In this document: positions 9,487 to 18,840 of the stretch, piece by piece
Layout: the number at the start of each line of letters is the position of its first letter
Numbering within the stretch: the first letter of the stretch is position 1
NCBI GenBank assembly: GCA_030699125.1
Contig: JAUYKM010000018.1
Span: forward strand, 34,884-98,883
DNA: 64,000 nucleotides
Origin: Candidatus Daviesbacteria bacterium
GTDB taxonomy: Bacteria; Patescibacteriota; Microgenomatia; Daviesbacterales; UBA10151
Direction: 5' to 3'
Notes under the pieces: generated by a model
Databases searched by the model: none
What the model was told of the DNA's origin: nothing
What the model saw: only the letters and a program-made list of their open reading frames with translations
Position numbers and translations under genes: made by a program

Positions 9487-9531
9487 ATCTATGTTATATC
9501 TGTTTAACTATTATACCACACTATGGGCCAA

Positions 9532-11202
9532 CTATACTTCTACCACCATCGGTAAAATCAGAGGCCTTCTTTCTGTAATCTGATCAAAATATTTATCTAA
9601 AGAGTCCTCGATCATTCTTCTGATAAATCTCCAGTCGGAAATTTTATGAGAATGTTTTTCCAAAGTTTGTTTAACAATTAAACGTGCTTCGTTCAATAGA
9701 TCCTCCGCAATCTCCCCAAAGACAAATCCCCTGGAGATCACATCAGGTTCTGAGGTCAATTTACCTGTTTGTTGATCTATAGAAACAACAACCACCACCA
9801 CGCCTTCCTCACTCATTTTTTGTCTGTCTCTTAAGACAACACTGCCAATATCACCAATCCCCAATCCATCCACAAAGACATTTTGCACCTCAATCCTTCC
9901 TTCTATTCTAGCTTGTCCATTTTTAATATGTAAAATTTCTCCATCCATCATTTTCAAAACATGATCCTGTTCATAGCCTAACTCAAACATTTGATTTCCA
10001 AATATATCCATGTGTCTAAATGTGCCTCCAATCGGCATTAGGTATTTTGGTTTTATTAAGTTGACCATAAGCTTCAACTCTTCCGATGCAGCATGACCGG
10101 ATACATGAAGATCTGAGGTAATAGCAGAGTAAATCACGTGTACCCCCAATCTGCTTAGGGAATCAATTAAAGCATTCTGGGCAGATTCCGTAGAGGGAAT
10201 AGGATCGGCCGAAAAAACTACTGTGTCACCTTTTATAAGTTTTACCTGTTTATGTTCTTCATTGGCGAGTCTAACCAAAGAGGAGTCAGACTGACCCTGA
10301 GCGCCGGCAATTAAAATCAGTAACTTTTTGGGAGCATGCGAGGAAATAGCATCAGAGGCAACCACCAGTCCTGCCGGAACAGCCAAATACCCTAAGTCTC
10401 TGGCAATTTGAAAGTTTTTCTCAAATGAACGGCCGACCACAGCCACCTTCCGTCCCAATTTTTGGGCCACATTTATTGCTTGTTGCATCCGGGAAACATT
10501 TGATGAAGTCATGGTGATAAACAGTTTACCTTGAGTCTCTTGTGCTGCTTTTTCAAAAGTTGGCTCAATTGATTTTTCCGATTTATTAAAACCGGGTTTA
10601 TCAATCCTTAAACAATCAATTAAAAGAAGCAGTACCCCTTCTTTGCCTAAACTGGCAGCTTGGGCCACATCAGTGACCTGTCCGGAAACAGGAGTCCAGT
10701 CAATCTTAAAATCTGCCTGGTGAATAATTAAACCAACCGGGGTCCTAATGACAATGCCTGTTGAATCTGGTACTGAGTGTGAAACCTGATAAAATGAAAC
10801 CTTAAATACCCCTAGATCCAATTTTTGATCAATTTTAACCTCAATAACTTTATTCTTAGGCAAATTATGTTCAATAAATTTAGACCTGATAAATCCGGCT
10901 GTTAATCTTTGGGTATAGATGGGTGCGTTTAGTTCCGGCCAAATAAAAGGCAATCCACCAATATGATCCTCATGTCCGTGAGTGATGATAATCCCTCTAA
11001 TTTTATGCTTTTTATCACGAAGGTAGGAAATATCAGGGATAACCAGATCTACTCCCGGCATGGCCTCATCAGGAAAACCTACCCCGCAATCCACAATCAG
11101 GATATCATCTCCATATTCATACACATACATATTTTTGGTGACATCACCCACACCACCTAAGGGAATTAATTTGAGAGTCTGATGATCATGGGCAGCATTC
11201 AT
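9532..11202 (-). CDS. rnj: Ribonuclease J
   Basis: LGGVGDVTKNM, THGHEDHIG, HSVPD, DFKID, LHVSGHA. Confidence 0.96.
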   Translation of the reverse strand: MNAAHDHQTLKLIPLGGVGDVTKNMYVYEYGDDILIVDCGVGFPDEAMPGVDLVIPDISYLRDKKHKIRGIIITHGHEDHIGGLPFIWPELNAPIYTQRLTAGFIRSKFIEHNLPKNKVIEVKIDQKLDLGVFKVSFYQVSHSVPDSTGIVIRTPVGLIIHQADFKIDWTPVSGQVTDVAQAASLGKEGVLLLLIDCLRIDKPGFNKSEKSIEPTFEKAAQETQGKLFITMTSSNVSRMQQAINVAQKLGRKVAVVGRSFEKNFQIARDLGYLAVPAGLVVASDAISSHAPKKLLILIAGAQGQSDSSLVRLANEEHKQVKLIKGDTVVFSADPIPSTESAQNALIDSLSRLGVHVIYSAITSDLHVSGHAASEELKLMVNLIKPKYLMPIGGTFRHMDIFGNQMFELGYEQDHVLKMMDGEILHIKNGQARIEGRIEVQNVFVDGLGIGDIGSVVLRDRQKMSEEGVVVVVVSIDQQTGKLTSEPDVISRGFVFGEIAEDLLNEARLIVKQTLEKHSHKISDWRFIRRMIEDSLDKYFDQITERRPLILPMVVEV

Positions 11203-11211
11203 AGGTTTAAT

Positions 11212-13536
11212 TTAAAAATTGCTGTCTCTTTTTTTGAATTTAGAGAATTTGGCTCTGGTTCTATCAAAAGGACCCTTGCTGCCAAAATCTCTTTTGGGAA
11301 ATCTGTCTCTTCTGGGGCGAAATCCATCTCTTCCGCTACCAAAAGGTCTTCTCTCACCTCTACCCATACCTTGTGGTCTTCCCTCAGACGGACGGAAGCG
11401 AGGTCTACTCTCAGTTTCCATCTTTCTATCTTCACCAAAAAGCATTGACAATCCTACCTTTCCTTCTGGAGAGACATCAGTTACTCTGACCTTGACTTCC
11501 TGTCCCTCAGAGACAACATCCTCTGCTTTCTCAACACGTCCCGGAGCCATCTGAGAAATATGCACCAGACCATCTTTACCAGGAGCAATTTCTACAAAAG
11601 CTCCGAACGGAGCCAATCTGACCACTTTACCCGTAAATTCATCTCCTATATTAATCTCCTTAAACATACCATTGATCGCATCCAAAGCCTGATCAACACT
11701 TTCACTCCTTACAGCCGAGACCATCACTGTACCATCATCCTCGATATCAATCTGAGCTCCTGTTTTATTAATAATAGAATTAATAGTCTTACCTCCTGAA
11801 CCAATTAACAGTCCAATCTCTTCCGGCTTAATATGTATAATCTCCACTCTGGGGGCATGGGGAGACAAGGGACCTGCTGATGGAATCACCTTCTCCATTT
11901 CTTCTAAGATTTTTAATCTGGCATTTTTACCTAATCTTAAAGCTTCCTCAATAATTTCAAAAGTTAATCCTTCTAATTTTGTATCCATTTGAATTGCGGT
12001 AATACCATTTTTAGTACCGGCCACTTTAAAATCCATTTCTCCATAAAAATCCTCCACTGCCCTCATATCTGTCACCACCTGGAATTTTCCACGTCCTGAG
12101 CCTGTCGAAGGATTATCATCGGAAAAAAGTCCCATGGCAATTCCGGCAACCGGGGCAATAAGTGGTACTCCAGCATTTAGAAGAGCTAGGGTGGTTGAAC
12201 AAACTGAGGCTTGAGAAGTTGAAGCATTGGCTGCCAAAACCTCCGATACTACCCTGATAGCATAGGGGAATGTATTCTCATCTGGAATAACAGACACCAT
12301 AGCTTTTTCCACCAAGGCCCCATGTCCTACGTCCCGTCTGTTGGGAGCACCAATCCTTTTTACCTCACCTACGGAAAAAGGATTAATACTCATATTATAG
12401 TGATGCATGAATCTTTTTTGCCTTTCTCCTTCCATGCCGTCTAATGTTTGCTGCAGAGACGGAGCACCAAGGGTGGCAACTGATAAAACTTGGGTATCAC
12501 CCCTTTGGAAAAGAGCTGATCCGTGGGTTCTGGGTAAAAGTCCCACCTCCATTGACAGAGGTCTCACCTCATCCATGGCTCTGCCATCAACTCTTTTGTC
12601 TTTTCCTAAGACTGTTTCATGTACAATCTCTTTAGCCACCTTATCGAAAATTCCGGAAATTATCTCGGCAGTTAAGGTCTCTTTATATTTTTCTGCCAAC
12701 TCTCTTTTAATCAGATTTCCTGTTGCTTCATGCCAGGGATGTTCATTATCAAATAAAGCAGCTTCAATCCTCTCTTTAGTCAGTTTAGTTACTTCCCCAA
12801 GCAAGGCTTCTTCCAAAGCATCTTCCAAATGTGAAATTTCTTGTTTATCCTTTCCTGCTTCCTTAGTAAATTCTTCAATTAGCTCAATAATTGGTTGGGC
12901 ACTTTTATGAGCTTCCTTAATTCCTTCAAAAACAACTGAATCATCTATTTGCTTGGCTCCTGTTTCTATCATGACCACTTTATTTTTACCTGAGGCCACC
13001 ACCAGATCCATATCCAGATGTTCCATCTGGGAGATGGTTGGATCAACTACTAGATTTCCTTCCTTACTGCCGATTCTTATTCCGGCAATAGGTCCATTCC
13101 AGGGAACAGAAGATATAGAAAGTGCAGCGGATGCTCCAATTAGACCTACCAAGTCAGGATCATTGTCTTGATCAATTGATAAAACAGTTAAAATTACCTG
13201 TACCTCATGCGCTTTAAAATCTTTAGGGAAAAGTGGCCTGATGGAGCGGTCTATTAATCTGCCTGTTAAAACTGCTTCATCAGTAGGTCTTGTTTCTCTT
13301 TTAATGAATCTGGATGAAGAAATCCTCCCTCCAGCATAATGTTTTTCCACAAATTCCACAGAGAGCGGAAAGTAGCCAATATCCTCCAGTAGTGGCTGGG
13401 TGGCCACAGTTGCTAAAATCACTGTTTCTCCCCATGACACTACAACAGATGCATCTGCTTGCAAAGCCAGCTTACCGGTCTCCAGTTTTAACTTTCGACC
13501 GTTTAAATCAATTTCTTTAGTTACCATTTTACTCAT
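11212..13536 (-). CDS. pnp: Polyribonucleotide nucleotidyltransferase
   Basis: Two RNase PH domains (RLIDRSIRPLFP, HGSALFQRGDTQ, MDFKVAGT), KH and S1 domains, R/G-rich tail. Confidence 0.97.
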   Translation of the reverse strand: MSKMVTKEIDLNGRKLKLETGKLALQADASVVVSWGETVILATVATQPLLEDIGYFPLSVEFVEKHYAGGRISSSRFIKRETRPTDEAVLTGRLIDRSIRPLFPKDFKAHEVQVILTVLSIDQDNDPDLVGLIGASAALSISSVPWNGPIAGIRIGSKEGNLVVDPTISQMEHLDMDLVVASGKNKVVMIETGAKQIDDSVVFEGIKEAHKSAQPIIELIEEFTKEAGKDKQEISHLEDALEEALLGEVTKLTKERIEAALFDNEHPWHEATGNLIKRELAEKYKETLTAEIISGIFDKVAKEIVHETVLGKDKRVDGRAMDEVRPLSMEVGLLPRTHGSALFQRGDTQVLSVATLGAPSLQQTLDGMEGERQKRFMHHYNMSINPFSVGEVKRIGAPNRRDVGHGALVEKAMVSVIPDENTFPYAIRVVSEVLAANASTSQASVCSTTLALLNAGVPLIAPVAGIAMGLFSDDNPSTGSGRGKFQVVTDMRAVEDFYGEMDFKVAGTKNGITAIQMDTKLEGLTFEIIEEALRLGKNARLKILEEMEKVIPSAGPLSPHAPRVEIIHIKPEEIGLLIGSGGKTINSIINKTGAQIDIEDDGTVMVSAVRSESVDQALDAINGMFKEINIGDEFTGKVVRLAPFGAFVEIAPGKDGLVHISQMAPGRVEKAEDVVSEGQEVKVRVTDVSPEGKVGLSMLFGEDRKMETESRPRFRPSEGRPQGMGRGERRPFGSGRDGFRPRRDRFPKRDFGSKGPFDRTRAKFSKFKKRDSNF
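12094..12112 (-). repeat. In-frame palindromic insert TCCTTCGACAGGCTCAGGA in pnp (PSTGSG)
   Basis: Same core at 54084-54104 and 44143-44162. Confidence 0.7.
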
Positions 13537-13547
13537 AAATTTTTTTA

Positions 13548-13683
13548 GGGGGTTTGGAAACTGTGGAAGAGATAATTAGTCTTCAGCTTTCAGTCTTCAG
13601 TTATCAGATTTTTTGTTTCCCAGTCTGATAGCTGATAGCTGACGTCTGATTGCTACTTAACTCTTTGCAATCTCCAAAACCCT
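13548..13683 (-). promoter_or_regulatory. Long stem-loop between rpsO and pnp (candidate RNase III site) with an inverted heptamer-repeat element in its loop
   Basis: GGGTTTTGGAGATTGCAAAGAG pairs with CTCTTCCACAGTTTCCAAACCC; inner TTCAGCT/CTGATAG heptamer arrays. Confidence 0.6.
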
Positions 13684-13688
13684 GCCCA

Positions 13689-13958
13689 CTATCTAGATAA
13701 ACCAAGCTTATTAATTACCATTGTATATCTTTCATTATCTTTTTTAAATAAGTATTGCAAAAGTCTTCTTCTTTTATTAACCATAGATAACAGCCCACGG
13801 CGTGAGTGTATATCGTGTGGATGTTCTTTTAAATGAGCAGTTAAATTCTTAATCTGTTCAGACAAAAGAGCAACCTGAACCTCAGGAGATCCGGTATCAC
13901 CGGACTTGGTGGCAAAACCCTTAATGATTTGCTGTTTTACTTTTGGATCAAGTGGCAT
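13689..13958 (-). CDS. rpsO: 30S ribosomal protein S15
   Basis: [12 protein letters not shown]...[22 protein letters not shown]. Confidence 0.98.
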   Translation of the reverse strand: MPLDPKVKQQIIKGFATKSGDTGSPEVQVALLSEQIKNLTAHLKEHPHDIHSRRGLLSMVNKRRRLLQYLFKKDNERYTMVINKLGLSR

Positions 13959-13963
13959 CGTAA

Positions 13964-14049
13964 ATCCTTTCTGTGGAACAACTTTGATGCCAAAGTCGTC
14001 CTTAAGTTAATGTTTGAGGTATTTTAACAGAAACTTTTAAAATATGCAA
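13964..14049 (-). promoter_or_regulatory. rpsO sigma70 promoter and structured 5' leader
   Basis: TTGCAT-17-TAAAAT; hairpin GGACGACTTTG-GCAT-CAAAGTTGTTC; SD AGAAAGGA. Confidence 0.6.
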
Positions 14050-14137
14050 ATTTATGCATCATGACAGCATGAAGCGATATATTACTTCCAAACCAGATGT
14101 TATGGGTGCAGTGATTTCGGTGATCTCGATCCTTGTT

Positions 14138-14893
14138 TTAAGCTTTTTTGACTCCCTCAAAGCGACCACCTAAGTACGGATAGCGAGTATCCAGACTCCA
14201 GATCCAATAGACCCCCAAGCTGCCATCCGAATAGAAGCGGGCGCCGCCCACCTCACCCTTGCGGCGAGACCCAAGCAAACGAACCCAACCTGCTTTATCC
14301 AAACCTAATTCATCAAAATAATGGCCTGTTAGATCCTTACTGTTTTGTGAACCAATAATATAAGCTGTCAGTCTTTGGCCTTTCCAGTGATTTTGTTTTG
14401 CCAATTCTTCCAGATCTTTCCGGTTGGTTCCAGTGTAAGGGGTTTGCCAACCTGATTCAATATCAAACCAACCTCCTCTACTATCTGTGTGTTTAACTGG
14501 GGTTCCTGCTTTAACAACCCAACTACCCATTTGTGGATGCATCTTGCCCAATAAAATCAAACCTGCGGGTGTAGCTGTTAATTCTGATGGCATATATATC
14601 GGTGCTCTCGGAACTTGCAAATGTTCCATATCTACAATTTCATCTCGATGATAAGGACTATCTGGTACCTCAATCTTTAAACCAACTTTTGACCCTAATA
14701 CACTCCATCTAGTTCGCCAGTATTCAGTCACAACTTCTGGAGTGTGTGGTTTGGTTTTAAATTCTGCTACCGCCTGTTCAAGTAGACCCAGGGTTCTTTG
14801 GGATTCTTCTACAGCCTTAAGTTGGTCAAGCTCTACCAGTTCTCGTCTAAATGCTCCGTCTGCTTCTAGTAGCCTTTCTTTATGTTGCGTCAT
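14138..14893 (-). CDS. Putative DGR target protein (C-type-lectin-fold-like C-terminus)
   Basis: C-terminus WVRLLGS...ARFYSDGSLGVY...YLGGRF; 14162-14290 about 60% GC and about 11% A on coding strand by hand count. Confidence 0.65.
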   Translation of the reverse strand: MTQHKERLLEADGAFRRELVELDQLKAVEESQRTLGLLEQAVAEFKTKPHTPEVVTEYWRTRWSVLGSKVGLKIEVPDSPYHRDEIVDMEHLQVPRAPIYMPSELTATPAGLILLGKMHPQMGSWVVKAGTPVKHTDSRGGWFDIESGWQTPYTGTNRKDLEELAKQNHWKGQRLTAYIIGSQNSKDLTGHYFDELGLDKAGWVRLLGSRRKGEVGGARFYSDGSLGVYWIWSLDTRYPYLGGRFEGVKKA

Positions 14894-14928
14894 ATTATCG
14901 TGAATTTAACATATTATAGGATCTTTTG

Positions 14929-15930
14929 TCAACCTAATGATGAGCCTTTAAAGATTTTGGGGGTGAGCCAATCCGGTTCCGGGGTTTCAGAAACTACCCT
15001 TTCTCCTGCTGGTCTTTCTTCAGGTGAAGGTTGGATCTGATCATTACCTGTTGCTGAAGAGGTTTGAGTCACAGAAGGGGTAACAAATTCATCAACAACT
15101 TGGGCCTCTTGAGGAGATGGAGGAATAAGAGAACTTAAATCTAAACCGCGCTTTTCTCCCGGCTGATTTATTACTGATGGTTTCTTTCCCCCTGCTCTTA
15201 AAAGATTGGCCATTACCATATATGTGTCTGCATTTACTTGCGGATTAGTCAGATTGGTTGTTGATTCAAACACTCCAGCTAAAAGATTGCTTGCAGTATC
15301 CGCATCTAAAGAATACCCCAGATCAGCAATTAAATTGGCCATTACTTCTGCTAAACATGATGCGTTTGTATCCAACACATTAGTTTGTCCAAAGCCGGTA
15401 TTGGCGCTTTGGGTATCAATATTCACTATATGCACTCCGGAAAACTTTTGTTGATTTTGCCTATAGATTGAACCTAAACTGTCCAAGTTAGCAGCACCAA
15501 TTACAAAAACTAGATTAAATCCACTTCCCTGATAGTGAGGTACAATTTTAGTTGGCTGAAAAGTCTGACCTGACAGAACATGAAAAACTAAATTCAAGTT
15601 ATTATCTTGAGCAAACCAGTCTAATTTTTCCAATGCAGGGATAGTACCATCAGATGAGGCTACACCTTCCAGGCTAATTGTTAAGTTCCCACCTTCTGTA
15701 GAAGGTAAAGTCTTTTGAACATGATCAATCCCAAAAAGATAGGATTGTCCCACCCTAATAGTATCTTCACAAACTATGCTGATTTCTTTACCAGCTGCCT
15801 CCAGGATTAAAAATAACGCCAATCCGGCAGATAATTTATCAATATTTGCATTAGCAGGCAACGCAATTAAAATATTTTTGGCAGTTGGCAGAAGATTTTT
15901 CAGCTCAGTAATCTGACTATCGTATTTCAT
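14929..15930 (-). CDS. Degenerate DHH-family (NrnA-like) phosphoesterase
   Basis: AKNILIALP...D.LSAGLAL, IVNIDTQ (where IDHH is expected), N.GFG..N; syntenic position after infB. Confidence 0.7.
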   Translation of the reverse strand: MKYDSQITELKNLLPTAKNILIALPANANIDKLSAGLALFLILEAAGKEISIVCEDTIRVGQSYLFGIDHVQKTLPSTEGGNLTISLEGVASSDGTIPALEKLDWFAQDNNLNLVFHVLSGQTFQPTKIVPHYQGSGFNLVFVIGAANLDSLGSIYRQNQQKFSGVHIVNIDTQSANTGFGQTNVLDTNASCLAEVMANLIADLGYSLDADTASNLLAGVFESTTNLTNPQVNADTYMVMANLLRAGGKKPSVINQPGEKRGLDLSSLIPPSPQEAQVVDEFVTPSVTQTSSATGNDQIQPSPEERPAGERVVSETPEPDWLTPKIFKGSSLG

Positions 15931-15996
15931 TGTGCTTGAATTCTACCTTAATATCCCATAAAAATCAAGTCTGCGCAGATTTTTATAGTCCACGTC

Positions 15997-16070
15997 TATA
16001 ATTGCAAGCGTAGCCAAGTCTAACTTGGCGTAGCGCAGCAATTACTCAGCAGAGCGCTAATTGCAAGCTG
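15997..16070. repeat. Intergenic REP-like hairpin
   Basis: TAATTGC...GCCAAG-TCTAA-CTTGGC...GCAATTA, with TAATTGCAAGC repeated downstream. Confidence 0.5.
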
Positions 16071-16105
16071 TATGTTACAATCTACCTGATCATACCCGAT
16101 CATAA

Positions 16106-17332
16106 ATGGAATTCGAGGAAAGATCTGATCAATTGATGGAACGAAGAGAGTTTCTCCAATATTCAGCTTTAGCAACCGCGGCTTGGCTGATTAGTCTAAA
16201 TGGTCCTGATAAACATAAGCCTCCTGAAAATAGAAATCCTCTTGAGCTGAAAAATTATCTAGATTTTTATCGCCGTTCTGCTGTTAAAAATATTGTGACG
16301 TTCACTGACGGCACACAAGCAATTATTCCCAGTTCAGCTTACGGGGATGAAATTTATATGCGTGATTCATTTTTCACTTGTGTAGGTTTAGAGAATTTAT
16401 TGGTTAATGACTGTCTGAATCCGTTTGAAGAAAGACAGCTTCAAAACGGTCAACTAGCTCATGCCATCCCTCGTAGTCTTGAGCGAAATGGGTCTGACCC
16501 CAGAGATGATGAGTCAACTCTTATTTATCTCATTGGCAAGGGTGTTGCAAACAGACAATTTCAAAGGGTGAGCAGAGAAGCTATAACAAAAGCTTGGTCT
16601 TTTATACAATCTCATGTATTTGAGGGTTGGTATCTCTCAGATGAGGGTCCTTTTCGATATTGGGCAGATACATATATCAATAAATCCGAAGATGTTATCT
16701 CTTACAACCAGGGGTTATATGCGCTGGCTTTACGTTTCCTCAACAAGTTTGATCCGAAACTTGTCCCGAATCATATTTTGTCTCAAGCCGAAGAAAATTT
16801 TCGGAGTCTTTTCAGAAACGATCTCGGCTTTATCCCCTTAAGCAAGAATACTTCTTACCAGGATATATCAGCTCTACTGCCGGAATTTCTGGCAAGATAC
16901 TATTTCCATGAGGGCATTCTTCAAAATAATCATATTATCTCATCTTTAAATCACCTTATTAGAACCGCCAGTGTTTGGGATAATCAGCAAAGATTGAAGG
17001 GGATAAAAACTATTTGTCAACCCGACGGCTCTTTTTTACCTCCTGATTATTTTTTTAATCATCTTAACAACCCAGGAGAGTATCATAATGGTGGGTATTG
17101 GCCACTATATGTGCTGGTGGCACTATGTTTGGCATATAAAATTACCCTGGACGAAAAATACAAATCTATAGCTACTGTTTTAGTTCAAGAAGAGTTATCC
17201 GATGGGAGAAGTCAGGAGTTTATCTATTTAGCAGAAGGGCGGGAAGGAACTCATGATGCGGAAAGATCAGATTACTCCTGGAATGCCTTACTTATTCCCG
17301 CGTTCAAATGGTCAGGAATGGTATCTATATAA
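16106..17332 (+). CDS. Six-hairpin (alpha/alpha)6 glycoside hydrolase-like protein
   Basis: YMRDSFF, DDESTLIYL, YWADT, SYNQGLY, YHNGGYWP, YSWNA resemble glycogen-debranching/GH100-type enzymes; ERREFL twin-Arg-like N-terminus. Confidence 0.7.
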   Translation: MEFEERSDQLMERREFLQYSALATAAWLISLNGPDKHKPPENRNPLELKNYLDFYRRSAVKNIVTFTDGTQAIIPSSAYGDEIYMRDSFFTCVGLENLLVNDCLNPFEERQLQNGQLAHAIPRSLERNGSDPRDDESTLIYLIGKGVANRQFQRVSREAITKAWSFIQSHVFEGWYLSDEGPFRYWADTYINKSEDVISYNQGLYALALRFLNKFDPKLVPNHILSQAEENFRSLFRNDLGFIPLSKNTSYQDISALLPEFLARYYFHEGILQNNHIISSLNHLIRTASVWDNQQRLKGIKTICQPDGSFLPPDYFFNHLNNPGEYHNGGYWPLYVLVALCLAYKITLDEKYKSIATVLVQEELSDGRSQEFIYLAEGREGTHDAERSDYSWNALLIPAFKWSGMVSI

Positions 17333-17341
17333 GTCTGCTGT

Positions 17342-18811
17342 CTATATCACTCTAAATGATTCCACTATATCCCCAATTTGAAAATCCACAGGGGGATTAA
17401 ACAGCATGCCGCAATCATTCCCTTTTTCCACTTTATTAACCTCATCCTTAACTTTTTTTAAGGATTTTAATTTGGTTTCACCTATAATCTCTCCTTCCCT
17501 CACCACTCTGATCCTTTGTCCTTTGGCAATCTCTCCTTCCACCATCCTGCATCCGGCAATCCTTTCATCCTTTCCGTGAGGAAACTCGGCAATAATATTG
17601 CCCTTTCCCAAAACTTCCTCCAACTGCCCTACCTCCAGTAAAGTATTGACTACTTCCTCAACATCTTCTAAAAGCTCATATATAATATTGTAGGTTCTTA
17701 TTAAAACTTGTTCATTTTCAGCCAATTTTTGGGCCAGTGGAGCCACTTTCACATTAAAGCCAATGATAATTGCTCCCACAGTGGAGGCCAATTTAACATT
17801 TTCTTCTCCAATCTGCCCTGTAGCTGTAAAAATAAAATTAACTATTTTTCTCTCTTCATTGAATTTCTCCAAAGAGGCCTCAATTGCCTCCAGTGACCCT
17901 TGCTTATCAGCCTTAATGATTACCTTAAGAGTCTTATCTTTTTCGCTCTTAAGCCTATCTACTAAGCTGGCAGCAGCTTCTTTGATGGATGATTCAACTG
18001 CTTCTTGTCCTAGAGTGGCACCTACCTCCGGCACAGTTTCCAAACCCAAAACCTCAACAGACATGGATGGACCTGCCTGATCCAGGGGAGAACCATTAAA
18101 ATCAAACATCCCTTTTATTTTTCCTTTTATTCCCCCTACCACAATTTGATCTGCCCGCTTTAATGTACCATTTCTCACTAAAATGGTAGCTATGGGGCCT
18201 TTAAATTTATCCAAATTAGCCTCAATCACTACTCCAGCAGCAGGTAATGAAGGATCACCCTTTATTTCATGCAGCTCGGAAACTAGTAGTATCACCTCCA
18301 AAAGCTTATCCACCCCTTCTCCTGTTTTGGCAGAAAGAGCAACCAGAGGTACATCTCCTCCATACTCCTCTAAGTTTACTTCTCTATCAGTTAATTGTTT
18401 TTTGATCTTTTCTAAAGAGACTTTTAGGTTTAATCCCGGCAGGTCAATTTTATTAACAGCCACAATCATAGGGACTTTAGCTGCCTGAATATGCTTGAGG
18501 GCCTCAACAGTTTGGGGCATGATCCCATCATCTGCTGCCACCACCAGTATAGCAATATCAGCCACCTTAGCACCTCTGGATCTCATTTTCTCAAAAGCAG
18601 CATGACCGGGAGTGTCTATGAAAGTGATAAGTGGAGAGTGCTGAGTGCTAAGTCCACTTTGCACTTCTATCTGGTAGGCTCCAATATGCTGGGTGATACC
18701 GCCATGTTCTTTAGCAGCCACTGAGGATTTTCTTATAAAGTCAAGGAGGGTGGTTTTACCGTGGTCTACGTGACCTAATATAGTTACAATTGGTGGTCTT
18801 GTTTGTTCCAT
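17342..18811 (-). CDS. infB: Translation initiation factor IF-2 (no N-terminal extension)
   Basis: [53 protein letters not shown]. Confidence 0.97.
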   Translation of the reverse strand: MEQTRPPIVTILGHVDHGKTTLLDFIRKSSVAAKEHGGITQHIGAYQIEVQSGLSTQHSPLITFIDTPGHAAFEKMRSRGAKVADIAILVVAADDGIMPQTVEALKHIQAAKVPMIVAVNKIDLPGLNLKVSLEKIKKQLTDREVNLEEYGGDVPLVALSAKTGEGVDKLLEVILLVSELHEIKGDPSLPAAGVVIEANLDKFKGPIATILVRNGTLKRADQIVVGGIKGKIKGMFDFNGSPLDQAGPSMSVEVLGLETVPEVGATLGQEAVESSIKEAAASLVDRLKSEKDKTLKVIIKADKQGSLEAIEASLEKFNEERKIVNFIFTATGQIGEENVKLASTVGAIIIGFNVKVAPLAQKLAENEQVLIRTYNIIYELLEDVEEVVNTLLEVGQLEEVLGKGNIIAEFPHGKDERIAGCRMVEGEIAKGQRIRVVREGEIIGETKLKSLKKVKDEVNKVEKGNDCGMLFNPPVDFQIGDIVESFRVI

Positions 18812-18840
18812 AATAACTTTCCAGGCGAAAAGTACTCATA

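Noticed and set aside
13572-13655. Possible CRISPR array or tRNA in the repeat-rich intergenic regions
   Set aside because: Units are 7 nt with no unique spacers, no cas genes, and no cloverleaf despite TTCGA-like motifs elsewhere
14090-14137. DGR cis-acting hairpin downstream of the putative variable region
   Set aside because: Only a weak GATC-GA-GATC stem is visible; not enough to call
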